DNA of 64,000 nucleotides, from positions 345,778,067 through 345,842,066 of the forward strand of contig NC_133617.1 of the NCBI RefSeq assembly GCF_048593235.1, given 5' to 3'. The notes below the pieces were generated by a model. It saw only the letters and a list, made by a program, of their open reading frames with translations. It did no database searches and was not told the origin of the DNA. A program made the position numbers and the translations under genes. The first letter of the stretch is position 1. Each line of letters starts with the position of its first letter. Below are positions 1 to 12,045 of the stretch, one piece after another. The DNA is from Sminthopsis crassicaudata (lineage: Eukaryota).

Positions 1-1047
1 GATTAAAAAGACAAAACAGTTGCTTTGGGGAGCTTATTTAAAGCCTACATAAGGGTCAAATAATAGCAAAAAACAAAACAAAACAAAACAAAACAGAATT
101 TATAAGCATTTCGGAGAAAGGGAGCTAGTTTCCTTAATCATTTCTTTTACTTTTTATATTTCTGCAGGGTGCTTTATAGACAACAGGCACTTAATAAAAA
201 CTGGATGAATTTAGTTGAATTTAGTTCTATGGTTTAAGAACATCATCATCCTAGCTCTTCCATTTCTCACATTTCCAGATCAATGGTTTCTCACAAACTG
301 AATTCAAATCTCTTATCTATCACTCATTCCATTCCTATCCCATCTCCTGGTTGATTCACAGAGCCATAGTTTGGAGTTTCATTCTGATGTAGACACTGAT
401 ATGTTCTGATTTATTTTCATTTCATTCCTTCTCCTTCCCATCCTCCTTCACCCTCCAAAAATGCTCAAGGCCAATACAGCCAACAAATGGGATTATCAGA
501 CTATTAGAACACAAAATACAAAGGCTTTTAAGACCCAAAGTGAAGGCTGTTCTTTACTTAACTACACAGACCCAATCTCTGAAAGAGATTTCTATTCAGG
601 TCACAGCAAAGTCACAGTGATGTATGCTGGACAGGTCAGACTACTCCAACCACAGTCTTAGCCAATTTGCTCATTTATTCAATAATTGGTCTGTAATTAA
701 ATTATTTTAATGTGAAGACCAAACCTTAGATACCTACCGATACAGGGAAATTGCTGTCCTGTATCCAGAGAGATGATCCACTTTCAGTCACACTTTACAT
801 TGGAAGTCATGAGAGGAATATTTGTCATTAGTAGATCATAGGTTCAGCAGCTGCTCAACAATCAGAGGCACTTTGAGGGAGCATGGTAGAAGTGAGTGTC
901 AAATGTTTTGGTTTAAATTAATATTTATGACTTGCTTCTTCCACAAGATTTTCTTCTGTTGTATTAACTCTTCTCGTGTTACGTGTGAAGACAAATATAG
1001 ATGCAAAGATTTAGAAATTATTAATCATAATAATTAGTACCATTATC

Positions 1048-1242
1048 TAGAGCTCAGTTTCTTAACCTGTGGTTTGAGTCTCTTTTGGGATCTTGTAACT
1101 GAATGTGGGGATTTTGAAATTATGATTTATTGTCAGATGTTTGATTTACATACCTATTATATATACCTATATACTCAGGGTTGTATAAAAATTTCTCCAA
1201 TGAAAAGGGATCATGAGTGGAAAAAAAAGTTAAGAATTCCTG
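1048..1242. mobile_element. Non-autonomous hAT/Charlie-type DNA transposon (MITE), decayed
   Basis: About 190 bp with imperfect terminal inverted repeats (cagtttcttaac ... gttaagaattcctg). The interior resembles a common marsupial Charlie-like MITE with CpG decay. No clean 8-bp TSD found. Confidence 0.65.
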
Positions 1243-1254
1243 AAGAGGATTAAA

Positions 1255-1348
1255 ATGTGAAAGAAAAGAAGAAAGGAGGGAAGAAAAAAGGAGGAAAGGA
1301 GGGAGGGAAGAAAGAAAGGAATCAAGGAAGGAAGAAAAAAGAAGTAAG
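1255..1348. repeat. Purine-rich (GGAA/AAAG)n low-complexity repeat flanking a gap
   Basis: aaagaaaagaagaaaggagggaag...gaagtaag runs directly into Ns. Confidence 0.9.
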
Positions 1349-1516
1349 NNNNNNNNNNNNNNNNNNNNNNNNNNNNNNNNNNNNNNNNNNNNNNNNNNNN
1401 NNNNNNNNNNNNNNNNNNNNNNNNNNNNNNNNNNNNNNNNNNNNNNNNNNNNNNNNNNNNNNNNNNNNNNNNNNNNNNNNNNNNNNNNNNNNNNNNNNNN
1501 NNNNNNNNNNNNNNNN
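1349..1516. other. Assembly gap (168 N)
   Basis: Run of n. Confidence 1.
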
Positions 1517-1769
1517 TCGTGTCAGAGTCACTAAAATCATTGAAAGCAGGTATTAATTCTTACTCAATTCATTTATTTTATGCCATCATTATTTTCCATA
1601 AAGTAGCCATAAAAATGTCCAATAAGAAAGACATTTATGTGCTAAACAAATTAAAGTTAGTGTAAAAAAATATAGATATATAAACACATATGTAGACATA
1701 TATTCATATCCCCTCACACAAAATTGCAATAAATTTTGAGATTTAGAAGTGGAAAAGATACTTCTTTCT

Positions 1770-1915
1770 AGATGAATCTCCTTTATTTTACACATGAAGA
1801 ACCTGAGCCTCAGCAGGATCATATATCTTATCCAAGGTCACATCGATAGCAAATGATAGAGCCTATTTTGAATATTAGTCTTGTAACTCCAAATCCAGGG
1901 TTTTTTCATGGTACC
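1770..1915 (-). mobile_element. MIR-type CORE-SINE fragment
   Basis: ttttacacatgaagaacctgag...ccaaggtcacat... is the reverse complement of the CORE domain. Confidence 0.7.
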
Positions 1916-1924
1916 TAAATGCTT

Positions 1925-2100
1925 TTGTGGTATGCATGCATACATGCATATGTTTATATGCACAGTGCATAGCTTGTATATATGTGCATGGCACATATGA
2001 GTGTATGTATACTACATATGCATATATAACCATGAATACATGTGACATGTATTATGTTTGTGTATGTGCATGTGCAAATATGCACATACACAATACACAA
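1925..2100. repeat. (CATA/TATG)n low-complexity tract
   Basis: Repeated tatgcatgcatacatgcatatg motifs. Confidence 0.8.
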
Positions 2101-3476
2101 TTCTATCAATAGTAAATGAAACCTAGGTTTTAGGAGAATAAAGCAGTCAATTTTAAAAACCACAGTGCACTGCTTTGTTTTTCTTAGAGTAAAAAAAAAA
2201 ATCACAGGGAGCAAGTTGGCAAATCATTAGGGGTTTATAAACTATAAAGCTATGTAAGTGGTAAGAGAAGGGTAACAACACTATGTTTTATTTCTTCTGT
2301 TGTTCGTGCTTGAAGAGGATTAAGATGGCATTACTATGTAGTAGTCAAGGCACAATGTGTCTGACTTGTGACTTTTATGTTTTATTTCTTCAAATTGTTG
2401 ATTTAGAGGCAAATGTGATTTTAATTAACCCTGAAATTTCCATTTATACTAAGATGAAATCTAGTTCTTAGATTTACTAACATTTCTAGAAACAAAGTCA
2501 TTTAATAAGCTGTAGAATTGATCCTAATGAGATGTAGTGAATAAGGAAGGTGAAGCTCTATTTGGGAAAGGAATCCATCTCCCTTTTTTCGAAATGAAAG
2601 CTGTCTAAAAGGAATGACTAGACACTAAGCATTTTTTAAAAAAGAAATCTTATATCCCCTATCAACTTAAAAATGCTCTATTTCCTTCGAGAATTATTAT
2701 GAAACTAGGATGGGGAAAATAATTTAATTGGGATTAGGCAAAATAGGAAGATTTTAGCTTCTCAATTAATTCATCACAGAGGTTTTCAGACATATGGGCA
2801 ACTTTCCCTAATATTTTATTTGCAAGTGGAACCAAGCAAAACAGGTTTGCATGTAATTAACTAAGCGTCATTTAGATCATATTAGTAACTACAGCTAGCA
2901 CTAATATTTCTCAAATTAGGCTTTTTACATTTAACAATATTATCAGCCTTATATGATACCCTTTTTGATGTCACATTTATTTTAAGTTTGATTTTGCTCA
3001 TTAAAAGAATCTATTTTATCTAGGGAAAAATTCTATGAATTGTATCCTTCATGTATACTCTCAAGCTGTTGTTTAAATTTACTGGACTTCATTTTTACGT
3101 GTAGCTAAAGTCTTCATAAAATTTTAAATAGCACTTTTTCCTTTCCATGAACTTGTATAGTAATAAATATAGAGGATTATATTTTTTTAGATTTTGGACA
3201 TTTATTTGTTTTTCTGTATTTTTTTTTCACTTAGACTGTTTTTATTGTTTTTTCTTACCATACATAGGTTCAGCTCCTGCACTGGTTTTTCAATTTGGTT
3301 AAATCAGATATCTATCACAAAGAGATGTTATTTTATTTTTAAAATAGAGGTAATGCAAAATTTAAGAAAAAATAATTCTTAAACATTTCATATAATTATC
3401 TGCAACTATTCTCAAATTATTTAAATTCTTAAAAATTTCAGTTTTTCTGGAAATCAGCTTAGTCTCTCATACTTAC

Positions 3477-3568
3477 CAAAAAGAATGAAGTTGGGAAATA
3501 TAACAGACATTATGGTACTTTTAATTTCCACAAAAGATTATTCAAGTTGGAGTTTATACCCTTCACAT
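3477..3568 (-). other. Candidate 92-nt exon (unidentified transcript)
   Basis: Minus strand: gctgcatttag|ATGTGAAGG ... CTTTTTG|gtaagtatg. Strong donor, moderate acceptor. No reading frame is open across it except a late ATG (MSVIFPNFILF). Confidence 0.25.
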
Positions 3569-4137
3569 CTAAATGCAGCAAGCATCAGTATGATACAACT
3601 CAGCTTTGTCATGAGTCTACTCTGATTGACAGTGATGATGGCAGATGGCACCTACATTGAGATTCGATATGCACCAACTCAAATTTGACCCCATTTGCAC
3701 ATACCATTTTAAATAAGCACTGTGCTGTATTAGCTGTCAGAGCAAATTCACTACATTAGTCTCACTTTTGTTGATTTTTATTTGACCTTTTTCATTGAAA
3801 AAAATTTACAAGTTGAACTTGAAATTTCATAAGTATATGCATATATTTGTATGTATTTATGTATGTATATTTGCTATTGCTTCACACCCAGAGAAGATCT
3901 TACCACATTCCAATGGGGGACACCTCTTAGTTTGGAAAACTTTGCATTAAGTTGTGGTTCCTACCCTCATGGAGCTTGCAAAAGTATGGAACATAAAAGA
4001 AATTCTTAACACACATGTCATTAAACTCACTTTAATTCAATTTGAGAATTATTTATTAAATGCTTACATATCAGGCACTGAACTAAATTCTAAGAACATC
4101 AGTCTCTGCTCTTCAGTCATATCCTACAGAGGGGAAA

Positions 4138-4228
4138 TTGTTGCTGTCATTTGTCCTTTGTTTTTGAAGAGAACCATGACATCAGGGAGGTGATACCATG
4201 ACATGCAAGTGAATTGGATTTAAGTGTC
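4138..4228. mobile_element. Marsupial SINE fragment (WALLSI/RTE-related type)
   Basis: tttgtcctttgtttttgaagagaaccatgacatcagggaggtgataccatgacatgcaagtgaattggatttaagtg is a recurrent marsupial SINE end. Family name uncertain. Confidence 0.55.
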
Positions 4229-4329
4229 TACAGATAAATGAAATAAAAATACTTGCTTTTATAGTAGGAAGTAATTTTGGTGATAGAGGAGTGAAAGAAC
4301 ATAACAATAGTCTGAAAAGGATTTTTATT

Positions 4330-4660
4330 TATTGTAATACCAGATTTTAGTTCAACGTTTGGGAATTGATTGGATGCGGGAAGTGAATGAGGGTGAAGAG
4401 TTGAGGATGACTCCTGAGTTACAAACTTTGCCAACTGAAAGAATTGTAGAGCCCTCAGTATAGGAGGGGAGTTGAATAGAATTGGGGGCAGGGAGGAAAG
4501 TATTGAGTTCTGTTTTGAATCTGATAAGTTTGAGATAACTATAGAATAATGAGGTAGAAATAACCAACAGGAAATTGGACATGTCAAACTGGTGTGACAT
4601 GAGTTAGATATGTAGATAAGGGAATTTTTTGCATAGAGAATACAGCTGATAATGTAGCAA
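4330..4660 (-). mobile_element. L2 LINE fragment
   Basis: gagttgaggatgactcctgag...gagttctgttttgaatctgataagtttgagat matches the antisense L2 RT-end pattern. Confidence 0.65.
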
Positions 4661-5579
4661 TGCATTAGAACTATATATAAAAGTTCTGCATGAGGTACAA
4701 AGGAGAAGTTTGCTTCATTCTACCTTTCAGAGAATTCATCATTTTCAGTGACTCAAATATTTTGCATCATATATAAGCAGCATAATATAGTACAAAAGAC
4801 CCAGACTTTAATTCCCAACTCTGACATCTCTGTTATATAACTTCTTTGCATTTAATTCCTCATTTATATAAAGGAGATATAACTGTCTCCTCATCGTTAT
4901 CCTGAATTTTATCTCCTCTCCATTCCATTCTACATCCAGTTGCTAAGTTGAGAGCTGGAAAGCATGTCTAACCCTATCATGCCCTTGCTTAGAATGTTTC
5001 TGTGGCTCCCTATTGTTTCAAGAATAAAACATTACTTTCTCTAGCTCACATGTCTATAGACACAAAGACAAAAATTATCCTTATGGGAAAAGAGGGAGAG
5101 GGGAGAAAGGATAAATTACATGTAAATTGTAAACTCAAAATATTTATTTTTGAAATGTGAATCAATTTTCAAATTATTTTTGGAATTCCTCTTTAGTTAT
5201 TGCCATCACAGTATTGTCTGTTTTCTTCACTTTGTTTTCTCTGTTCAAGGGATGGTTTTCCTGGAATGGGAGAACCAACAACCAACATACTCTGAAAAAC
5301 TTTTTTGTTAGAAATGGCATTAGAATTTCATCTTTAAGGAATCCAGAAGTTCCAAGAAGCAGAATGAGGAAGTTTTTTATTCCAATAATGGAGAACAGTC
5401 TTTATAAATATATTAAGGAAAATAATGGCATATATTAGACAAAGAATAGAAAGTATGCTACTTGAACTGTAATGCAGTATATGTGAGGAGAGACCTGCAT
5501 TATGTTGGGGAAAAATATTTAATGAGGTTTAAAAGAGTAGCAATTATCATAACTGTGAGTCCACAACAAATCTCTGCCC

Positions 5580-6546
5580 TGAAACTTCTTCTCACTCAAT
5601 GTTCTCTCATTTGGTGAACTCATCAGTTCTCAGGGATTTAATTATACTAAATGTGAATGACTCCCAAATCTATATACTCACCCCAGTCTCTCTCCTGCAT
5701 TTTAATCCTAATTATCCTCTAGTAGCACCTGACATTTCAAGATGTTTGTCTGACAGACATTTTGAACTCAGCATGTACAAAATGGAATTCACCATTTTTA
5801 TCCCAAGATCCAAATCTCTTCTGAACTTATGGATTTCTTTTAAGGGCAGTACCATCCTTCCATTTCCCCATATTTATCCTTGAGTCTTCTGTTTGTCTCA
5901 AACTATATGTGTTGTCAGTTGCATTTCTGACTCCATAAAATCCCTCCTCTCCAATTCTCTTTTCACTTCTCATAAAGCCTATGATTTACTTTATATCTGC
6001 ATCCCTCATCATTTCTTATTTGAGATGGTTATAATGGCTGCTTTCAGTGATCTTTTTAGCTAACTTCTCTCTACTCTTCAATTCATCCTCCACACAACTG
6101 TCAAAAGGGATTCCCATAGGTGGAGATCTGACTATGATAATTCCCTTAATAAATTCCAGTGGTTCTATACTCCTTCTAAGGCAAGACATAAATCCTTTTG
6201 GGCTTTTAGACTTCTTTACAAGCTTGCTCCAAACTTATTTTCCATTCTCATATTATCTTATTCCCCATCCCACAGTTTTCTGTTTAACCAAAATATTTTC
6301 ATCACTTTTTTCATTAGACATGGTCTTCTATCTCATGTACCTGTGTCTTTGTACTGACTCTCAGCTATGCTGTCTCCCTCCTTATCTCTATTTCATGCAG
6401 TACTTTTCTTCATTGAAGACTCAGCTCAAGTACTGCCTTCTACATCCCATAGAAGGGGTATAGAACGGTATAAGTTAGGTTCTTTCTTGATCCCTGAAAC
6501 TGCATGGGGCTCCTTCCTTAAACAACCTTATATTTATTTTATATAA

Positions 6547-6581
<35 letters not shown>

Positions 6582-6860
6582 CATATATATATGTAAGTAT
6601 GTGTGTACAACTATTTGTATGCATATATTTATGCATATACATGCCTAAGAATGTTTAACACCTATTAAGTCTATTCAAATGTATGACTATATATCTATAT
6701 ATCTGTTTACTTATGTGAATATTCAGACATGTCACTTCTGACAGAATCTAAGCTCCTTGATGGTGGGAGTTATTTTGCTTTTCTATCTGTATCCCCAATA
6801 CAGTGTTGGGCACATAATAGATATAGACACAGTAAAGATCTGTTGAAAAATTGATTGATG
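5580..6860 (+). mobile_element. L2 LINE 3' portion, interrupted by a (TA)n/low-complexity tract at about 6530-6700
   Basis: Degenerate YADD-like motif (NVNDSQIY in ORF 5599..5883), L2 body motifs, and an L2 3' tail (aagctccttgatggtgggag...gggcacataatag). Confidence 0.75.
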
Positions 6861-7379
6861 GATCAATGAAAAAAGTAGACCGAAGGCTTTGAGCTTGATT
6901 TCATAAACTAAATTGAACCAGTGGATGAAGTCAGTGCTTATCTTGGTCTCCTCCAGACAAGACAGAAGAACACAAGAGCATCAAAAAACAAAGTAATGTT
7001 ATGTATATTAAAAGAGTGGCTGTAATCTTGAAGTAAAATTTAAAAAGAAAGATCACATTTAAGACAATTAGCACATTTGCAATTTCAGTTTTAATGTATA
7101 CCTTTATAATGGCAAAATGAATGACAATTAATCTACAAAGTATCAAAAATTTCATTTATGGGGGGAAATGAAATATTAATATTTTACTTGCTAGAAATGC
7201 TTCAGGGAAAGTGATGCTGACTATTTAAATGCACAATTATTATACATAAATTGGACTGAAGATATGAATGCCTTTACATGGTAGCCTGTGGATGAACTGG
7301 ATTTGAATCATGAGAGCTCTATGATACTGAGAACTATAGTATAGTTACAAAATATTTTTTGTTAATGGTAATACAGGTT

Positions 7380-8340
7380 AAATAGAGAGGCAAATATTTC
7401 CAGAACCAGGGAGAAACCTCAGAAAAATACTAGAGGAATAGTGGTCTATATAAAAACCTTGAAGATTCTACATATTTCAAAATTATTCAAGATTCCTAGA
7501 AAATTATAATACTTGAAATAATCTTGTTTGACATCCTCTTGGTACTAAATATTGGACAAGTAGTAATACAGGGCAAGTTTACTTAAAATATGAACTACCA
7601 TCATGGAGCAAATGAAGTAGAGAGTTCAATTTGAAGATAGATTCTTTCTAGATGGAAAAATTCTCTAGATCTTGAAGTTACAAATGATGCTGTGCTATAA
7701 ACATTTGAATTCCAGAGCCTTCTGAATGAGATCTGTAACTGTCCAAAGAATTTGGCCTAGGCATTCAGACATAAAAAGTAAAGTAGATAATAAGTGCTTA
7801 TTAAGATGGAGACAATGATATTTGTTTAATAATTTATGGAGTTTATCTATTAGCACATTACATAAATCATGTAGAGAAACTGCAGATGGACAAATAATTG
7901 GGCCAAGAATTAAACAAGAGAAGAAGAAAGAGCTGGATTATCTTTGGAAAATTATAAAGATTGCCAAATAACTCCAACCTGCTCTCAGAAACAAAAATCT
8001 ATTTTTTAATTCTGATTATTAACTAGTGTTGTGTGACAAGACATAAAATACTATAGTCTGTACAGAATTAAAAATCTGAATCACTCAGAGGACAATGTAA
8101 AGATGCATGCTGCACATGAACAACCTGCAACACAAAACACAATTACAATAAAGAAATGGAGCAAAAAGGAGAGATGCATTATTGACAACCTAATATAGCT
8201 CAATTGATATCCCTAAATGTCAAAAAGAAAACAAATGTGGTCTCCAGCACATTAGGTGGACTCTTGGAGCAAATGTCTGGCAAGAATTGGATAAAAAGCA
8301 CCATAGTAATGGATAATCATGGAAAGACTATGATCTATAT
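7380..8340 (+). mobile_element. RTE-clade LINE 3' fragment (marsupial RTE)
   Basis: Decayed RT C-terminal region: gagccttctgaatgagatctgtaac...gaatttggcc, actgcagatggacaaataattgggccaagaattaaacaagagaagaagaaagagctggatt, ccagcacattaggtggact. Confidence 0.7.
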
Positions 8341-8884
8341 AGCTGGGGTTAATATTCAAATCTACAAGATCACAGATGCATTGTAATATTTTTGATTATT
8401 GGGAGTGAGGATGGTCAGGAGCAAAACACTTTTGAGGAGGGAAAAGATGAAAGGAGAAGGAAAATAGAATAAACGTGACAATATGTCAGCATTAGTAATT
8501 GTGAAAAGGATTTTGAAGTAATTTTGGTAAGTAGGGAGAGAGGAAGGGAGAGAATCTGGAACTCAAAGTTTTAAAAATAAATGTTAAAAAGGTTGTTCTA
8601 TATATAGCTGACAAAATAAAATATTAAACAAGAAAAAGCCAAAAAAGGACAAAAAGAATATTTGATTATGACCTTCAATTGGATTATTACAATAAGGTCC
8701 TAATTAGTTTCCATCCAGTCTCCCCTTTCTACAATATATTCTGTCCAGACTTGCCAAATTGATATTCCTAAAGAACAGATGTGATGACTATGGTCTTCTC
8801 TTATTCAAGAAAATGATTCTCTATTACTCACAGGAGAAAATGGAACCTCTCCATTTCACATTCAAAATCTTTTAGTACCAGGTT

Positions 8885-9108
8885 CCAAGTGAGGAAAACT
8901 GAGTTTAAATTTAGTCTCAGGCAATTGCTAACTATGTGATCTTAGGCAAGTCACTTGAATTCTGTTTGCTTCTGTTTTCTCATCTATAAAATGGGGATAA
9001 TAATAGCAACTGCTTCCTAAGGTTATTGTGTGCATCAAATCAGCTTCAAAATTATAAAGCACTTAGCACTGAACCTGGCATGTAGTAAGTGCTATATAAG
9101 TAGCTATT
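8885..9108 (+). mobile_element. MIR SINE
   Basis: tgtgatcttaggcaagtcactt...ctcatctataaaatggggataataatag...cctggcatgtagtaagtgctat. Confidence 0.8.
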
Positions 9109-9134
9109 TTATAACTACAACTCAGAAGTTAAGT

Positions 9135-9343
9135 GGTGAAGTGGATAAAGTGTTGGACCAGGAGTAAAAAAAACTCTTTTTGGGTTTAAATCTGGCCTCA
9201 GATACTTACTATCTTTTGGACACTGGGCAAGTCACTTAACTTTGTCTTTTTCCTCATCTGTCAAATGATCTGGAAAAGAAAATGGCAAACTACTTCAGTA
9301 TCTTTGCCAAGAAAATCCCAAGTGGTGCTACCAAGAACAACAA

Positions 9344-9345
<2 letters not shown>
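9135..9345 (+). mobile_element. MAR1-type CORE-SINE
   Basis: tRNA-like head, CORE domain and BovB-like tail (gaaaatggcaaactacttcagtatctttgccaagaaaatccc). Confidence 0.75.

Positions 9346-9347
<2 letters not shown>

Positions 9348-9422
<75 letters not shown>
9348..9422. repeat. (TA)n microsatellite
   Basis: About 37 perfect TA units at the SINE tail. Confidence 0.98.
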
Positions 9423-9425
<3 letters not shown>

Positions 9426-12045
9426 TAATTCTCTATTCTATCCTAAAGCATTAAAGCTGTCCCCTATTTCTGAATATATAGAAATATAAGTTAGATTGTA
9501 ATTCTAGAATTAGAATATAGTTTCTAATTTATAGAGTATATAAATATTCTATTTTAGAATAAAATATTAAACCTCCTTTTTTGCTTCTTGGAATGTATAG
9601 ATGCTTGTAAATTTTATTTTTTATTATTTTTTTTAACTATGAATGTCCTTTGAAGGCCCTTTTAATTTGTTTTCTAGTGTGTTCTCCACTTCTTCCCCCT
9701 GCCAAATTACTTTCTATTTGTGAAGTTATGGATTTAATATTTACTTCTCTATGTGTACATTATCTTCCCCAAACAAAATGTGAGGCTCCTGAGATAATGG
9801 ACTGGAAACACCCTTCTTTTGCCTCTCTGCTCCCCCCCCCAGAATGCTAAATTTAAATACATGTTGGTACCTCCAAAATAGTTTTCTTGAGCTACTAATT
9901 ACTATTTTTAATGCTAATGTTTCTGTCCAAAATATTTTTTTGGAATTTCATTATCTATTGCACTCAAATTTTTATTTTTCTCTAATTTAAAATATCTTTT
10001 ATTTCTACCTTTCCTTCATTTCTGAATATATTCCCCCATACACACTGAGCCAACTCTTATAACAAATATTTTTTTTAAAGAAAGAAATTTATCACAATTT
10101 ATCAACACATCAATTAATTATGAAAGTATAATCAGTGTTCAATACCTATAGTTCCTTATTCTGAAAAGGGAGAAGAAAGAACTTTTTAAAAATTCTCCTT
10201 CAGGATTGAGATTTATCATTATAGCTAGATAACATTCATTTTAAAGAATTTTTTTATCTTTCCATTTATGTTTTTGGAATAATTATATATAGTTTTCCTG
10301 ATTCTAATTACTTCATTCTGTATCAATTCACATTTCTTTTTATTTTTGTATTCTTCATATACAATATTTTTCATGGTTCAATTATAATATTCAATTATAC
10401 TTAATAGAGTTTCTTTAGTCATTTCAAAGTCAAAAAATATCTTAGATTTATTTTACTTTTCCCCCCCTCTCCTACTTTGAAGGTAGATGGAAAGAGAATA
10501 GATAGGGATAGGGCAGAAAACAAAAGAAAATGAAAATTCAAAGAAAGAAAAAAAGGTCATTGAGGTATATTTTTAATGCAGAGAAGAGATAAGATAATAT
10601 TAAATCCACAAAGAAGAACAAATAGGATAGCATTGAAAGTCATGATATGAATTTATTAGAAAGCTTAAAAAGAAAAGCAATTTGTACATAATAGAGATCT
10701 AAAGTTTTATCTACAATAGCTTTTCTTTCTTTTTTTTTTACTATGTATATAGAAATGCCCACTTTTATTTTTATTGAGAATAAAATTTAATTTAAAAAAG
10801 AAATATTAAAAGAAGTTTTTTTACCCCTAGTAAGATTATATAAAAACTAGAGTAGGGGAGATAGGAAAAAGTCATTTTTATTGAGGAATTTTTTTTTTCA
10901 TATAAGACTATTTCAAAGCTGTTGTCAGAAATAGTCCAAGTGAGACTGTAGGAGCTGCACATCTTCATCAGATTGTAAAACATCTATTTTTTGTCTCCTG
11001 TCTCCAGCCCTCCCCCCTTAAAAAAAGTGCTGTTGATTTTTTATTCATAATGGACCCAGAAATCTTATCCCCATTGACAGAATAATGAATTCTAATAAAT
11101 ATAGTGATAGAATGAGAATCAGAATACTTCTAGAATTATAGAATTTTCCAAATAGACATAGAATAGTGCAGTGTGGGCTTGTACCCTGACACACATGATG
11201 AACAAGTAAGGAATTTATCCAAGAGATGGATATAAACAAATGTCAGTGTTCTGAGAATGCATATCAATTAAACTACGTTGAAACCCTCTGGATTCAAAAC
11301 AAATCTACACCTGGAAAACCTGGTCAATTAGACAAAGGGACATTTAATGACAAAGGTATATTCATGGAGATGATAGGTATTACAATGGATAGAATACTGG
11401 GTCTGCTATCAGGAAAATTGAATTAAAATTCGGCCTCAGACAATTACTAGTGGTGTAACCTGCATTTCTCTCAGGTTCCTTAAGTGTAAAATGGGCATAA
11501 TGAAATAAAGACATTTACCTTTCAGGATTGTGAAGATCAAATTATTATTTTCCAATCTCCTATATCCTAATATTTGTATTGTCTTCCTCATTAAAAGCAC
11601 TTTTAATATTTTCTTTCTTTTTTAATTAAATTTTAGTCTGAACTTCAGAAAAACAAAGTGGGGATTTTTATATACAGAGTATGGACAAGAAAATATAGTA
11701 TGGATAAATCTTTAATATTTTATCTTATAAATATCTTAAGATATCTTATAAATATCTTAAATCTTTTATCTTATAGATATACTTTAAATCTCTATTATGT
11801 GCAATTTGCTTTTCTTTTTGTTTTCTAATATTTGTAAAGTGTTTAATAGAGTACCCAGCACATAGTAGGCTCTATATAAATGCTAATTTCCTTTCCTCTT
11901 TTTCTCATAATGTGTCATGGGTAAAAAATATTCATGAAGATCCTGTGAACTCAGTGTAAAATTATGTTAAAAAAGTGATTATCCCGCAAAACAGACCAAT
12001 TGTTTCTCTTGTCAGTTTGTTTTCTTTGATTCCTACTCTGACAAA

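Noticed and set aside
739-765. 8-bp hairpin gatacagg/cctgtatc
   Set aside because: Several isolated 8-bp stems are expected by chance in 64 kb, and there is no miRNA-length pairing.
5157-5438. 93-aa ORF with a hydrophobic N-terminus
   Set aside because: No recognisable homology and no convincing splice context; it lies between decayed repeats in T-rich sequence.
11721-11760. tatcttataaatatcttaa repeated twice
   Set aside because: Trivial AT-rich slippage repeat.
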